A DNA stretch of 64,000 nt from Mobula hypostoma (taxonomy: Eukaryota): the NCBI RefSeq assembly GCF_963921235.1, contig NC_086097.1, positions 107,076,001 to 107,140,000 of the forward strand. The letters are read 5' to 3'. Shown one piece after another: positions 60,385 through 64,000 of the stretch (its first letter is position 1; each line of letters starts with the position of its first letter). The notes below the pieces were generated by a model. The model was given only the letters and a program-made list of their open reading frames with translations. It was not told the DNA's origin and made no database searches. Position numbers and translations under genes: made by a program.

Positions 60385-61272
60385 TTAATATAGAACATTG
60401 AACAGTACAGCGGTGGGTAGGCCATTCGGCCTATGATGTGCTGATCTTGATACTAATTTATACTAAATATCCTCCTGAGTATCATCTATATTCCTTGATA
60501 TTCATGTGTCTAAATAAAGGCCTCTTAAACTCGAACAAAGTGACTGCTCCCAGCACACCTGGTATCCCATTTCAGACACTTACCACTCTCTGTATTTAAA
60601 AAAAACTTGCCTGACATGTTACCTTTAAAGATCCCCATTCTAACCTTAAAGGCATGCCCTCTGGTATTTGATATCTCTTGCCTGGGTAAAAAGATTTTGA
60701 CTACTTACCCTATCTATGCTTATCATCATTTTAAAAACCTCTTTCATGTCTCCCCTCAGCCTCTGACACTCTCGGGAGAACAATCCAAATTTGTTTAACC
60801 CTCTAATCCAGGCAGCAACCTAGAAAACATCTACTGACCATTTCCATAGACTCTACGTTCTTCCTCTAAAGGGATAACCAGAGCTCATATGTGGCCTGAC
60901 TGAAGTTTTATATACTGTAGCTACAGCATGACTTCCTTATTCTTATAATCAACACTCCTACCAATGAAAGTAAACATTCTATATACCGCATTTATAACCT
61001 TATCCACTTGCACAGCCACCTTTAGTGAACTATGCACCTCACACTTGCCTGGATTAAACTCCATCTGCCTCTTCTTTGCCTGTATCTGCAGTTTATCTAT
61101 ATTCCACTGGATTCTTTGAGAGTCTGTTATTCTGTCCACAACTCCACTAATCTTAATGTCATAGGCAAACGTACTGATCACCTCAACTACATTTTCATGC
61201 TGATCATTGATATACAGTACACCACAAACAACTGAGGTCCCAGCACCAGTCCTTGCGGAACACCATGGTCAC
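60385..61272 (-). mobile_element. Decayed CR1 3' fragment
   Basis: ISTFAYDIKISGVVD..MEFNPGKCEV; antisense CR1 tail at ~60390-60440. Confidence 0.8.
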
Positions 61273-61612
61273 AGGATCATGGACTTCAGCCACAGGTCAT
61301 TTGCTGGCCTCAGTATTTTAGAGATATTTCTTTTGTCCTACCCATCCATTCTCCACCTTCTCTTCCATTTAATATATTGTTTGTTTTCTTCCTTTCCCAG
61401 TTCTGATAAAAGTTCTTTGACTTTAAACGTTAACTTTGTTTCTCTTTGTGGGTTACTATGAGACCTGCTGAATGGTTCCAACATTTTGTTCTTCTGTTTT
61501 AGGGTTTTACTGTTTTCATGGAAACTACTTGATTGGAAGGTAGCAAATGTTGCCCCACTTGTTTAAGAAAGTAAGCAGAGCAAAAGCAAATAACTATAGA
61601 TCAGTTAGTCTG

Positions 61613-64000
61613 ACATAGAAACATAGAAAATAGGTGCAGGAATAGGCCATTCGGCCCTTCGAGCCTGCACCGCCATTCAGTACGATCATGGCTGATCATC
61701 CAACTCAGAGCCCTGTACCAGCCTTCCCTCCATACCCCCTGATCCCTTTAGCCACAAGAGCCATATCTAACTCTCACTTAAATATAGCCAATGAACTGGT
61801 CTCAACTGTTTCCTGTGGCAGAGAATTCCACAGATTCACCACTCTCTGTGTGAAGAAGTTTTTCCTCATCTCGGTCCTAAAAGGCTTCCCTTTCATCCTC
61901 AAACTGTGACCCCTCGTTCTGGACTTCCCCAACATCGGGAACAATCTTCCTGCATCTAGCCTGTCCAATCTCTTTAGGATTTTATACATTTCAATAAGAT
62001 CCCCCCTCAATCTCCTAAATTCCAGAGAGTATAAGCCGAGTCGATCCAGTCTTTCATCATATGAAAGTCCTGCCATCCCAGGAATCAATCTGGTGAACCT
62101 TCTTTGTACACCCTGTATGGCAAGGATGTCTTTCCTCAGATTAGGGGACCAAAACTGCACACAATACTCCAGGTGTGGTCTCACCAAGGCCTTGTACAAC
62201 TGCAGTAGTACCTCCCTGCTCCTGTACTCGAATCCTCTCGCTATAAATGCCAGCATACCATTCGCCTTCTTCACCGCCTGCTGTACCTGCATGCCCACTT
62301 TCAATGACTGGTGTATAATGACACTCAGGTCTCGTTGCACCTCCCCTTTCCTAATCGGCCACAATTCAGATAATAATCTGTTTACCTGTTTTTGCCACCA
62401 AAGTGGATAACCTCACATTTATCCACATTAAATTGCATCTGCCAAGAATTTGCCCACTCACCTAACCTATCCAAGTCACCCTGAATCCTCTTAGCATCCT
62501 CCTCACAGCTAACACTGCCTCCCAACTTTGTGTCATCCGCAAACTTGCAGATGCTGCATTTAATTCCCTCATCTAAGTCATTAATATATATTGTAAACAA
62601 CTGGGGTCCCAGCACTGAGCCTTGCGGTACCCCACTAGTCACCGCCTGCCATTCTGAAAAGGTCCCGTTTATTCCCACTCTTTGTTTCCTGTCTGCCAAC
62701 CAATTTTCTATCCACATCAATACCTTATCCCCAAAACCGTATGCTTTAAGTTTGCACACTAATCTCCTGTGTGGGACCTTGTCAAAAGCCTTTTGAAAAT
62801 CCAAATATACCACATCCACTGGTTCTCCCCTATCCACTCTACTAGTTACATCCTCAAAAAATTCTATGAGATTCATCAGACATGATTTTCCTTTCACAAA
62901 TCCATGCTGACTTTGTCCGATGATTTCACCGCTTTCCAAATATGCTGTTATCACATCTTTGATAACTGACTCTAGCATTTACCCCACCACCGACGTTAGG
63001 CTAACCGTCTATAATTCCCCAGTTTCTCTCTCCGTCCTTTTTTAAAAAGTGGGGTTACATTAGCCACCCTCCAATCCTTAGGAACTAGTCCAGAATCTAA
63101 AGAGTTTTGAAAAATTATCACCAGTGCATCCACTATTTCTTGGGCTACTTCCTTAAACACTCTGGGATGCAGACCATCTGGCCCTGGGGATTTATTTGCC
63201 TTTAATCCCTTCAATTTACCTAACACCACCTCCCTACTAACATGTATTTCCCTCAGTTCCTCCATCACACTGGACCCTCTGTCCCCTACTATTTCCGGAA
63301 GATTATTTATGTCCTCCTTAGTGAAGACAGAACCAAAGTAGTTATTCAATTGGTCTGCCATGTCCTTGCTCCCCATAATCAATTCACCTGTTTCTGACTG
63401 TAGGGGACCTACTTTTGTGTTAACCAATCTTTTTCTTTTCACATATCTATAAAAGCTTTTACAGTCACTTTTTATGTTCCCTGCCAGTTTTCTCTCATAA
63501 TCTTTTTTCCTCTTCCTAATTAAGCCCTTTGTCCTCCTCTGCTGGACTCTGAATTTCTCCCAGTCCTCAGGTGAGCCCCTTTTTCCTGGCTAATTTGTAT
63601 GTTTCTTCTTTGGAATTGATACTATCCCTAAATTCCCTTGTCAGCCATAGGTGCACTACCTTCCTTGATTTATTCTTTTGCCAAACTGGAATGAATAATT
63701 GTTGTAGTTTATCCATGCAATCTTTAAATGCTTGCCATTGCATACCCACCATCAACCCTTTAAGTGTCATTTGCCAGTTTATCTTAGCTAATTCACGACT
63801 CATACCTTCAAATTTACCCTTCTATAAGTTCAGAATCTTTGTTTCTGAATTAACTATGTCACTCTCCATCTTAATGAAGAATTGCACCATATTATGGTCA
63901 CTCTTACCCAAGGGGCCTCTCATGACAAGATTGCTAATTAACCCTTCCTCATTGCTCAATACCCAGTCTAGAATAGCCTGCTCTCTAGTTGGTTCCTCGA
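61613..64000 (-). mobile_element. CR1 LINE ORF2, few disruptions, runs off the window end
   Basis: [79 protein letters not shown]; tail (TTTCTATG)n. Confidence 0.95.

Overview
Vertebrate genomic DNA, not prokaryotic. The repeat set (CR1, Rex1/Babar, RTE, Penelope-like, HE1/V-type and Deu SINEs) suggests a cartilaginous fish; this is inference. The only host gene I can support is the 5' end of a minus-strand FOG-family gene (ZFPM1-like). Its 40-nt first coding exon at 37560-37521 encodes the NuRD-binding motif MSRRKQRNPRQIK and ends in GTAAGT, inside a CpG-rich promoter. I found no convincing exon 2, so positions 1-37520 are probably intron 1. The ~10 kb next to exon 1 is almost transposon-free and holds a dense TGATAA cluster (candidate GATA enhancer) and a second GC-rich promoter-like block. 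A same-phase upstream alternative first exon (MSLQQQQ) could give a FOG isoform without the NuRD motif. The rest is nested mobile DNA: a near-full-length CR1 with intact esterase ORF1, a decayed full-length Gypsy, a decayed tRNA-Pro-primed ERV-like provirus with a gag remnant, Penelope-like elements with hammerhead ribozyme motifs, and hAT and Tc1 derivatives. Most listed ORFs are TE fragments or spurious. TE boundaries without a stated TSD or TIR are approximate.
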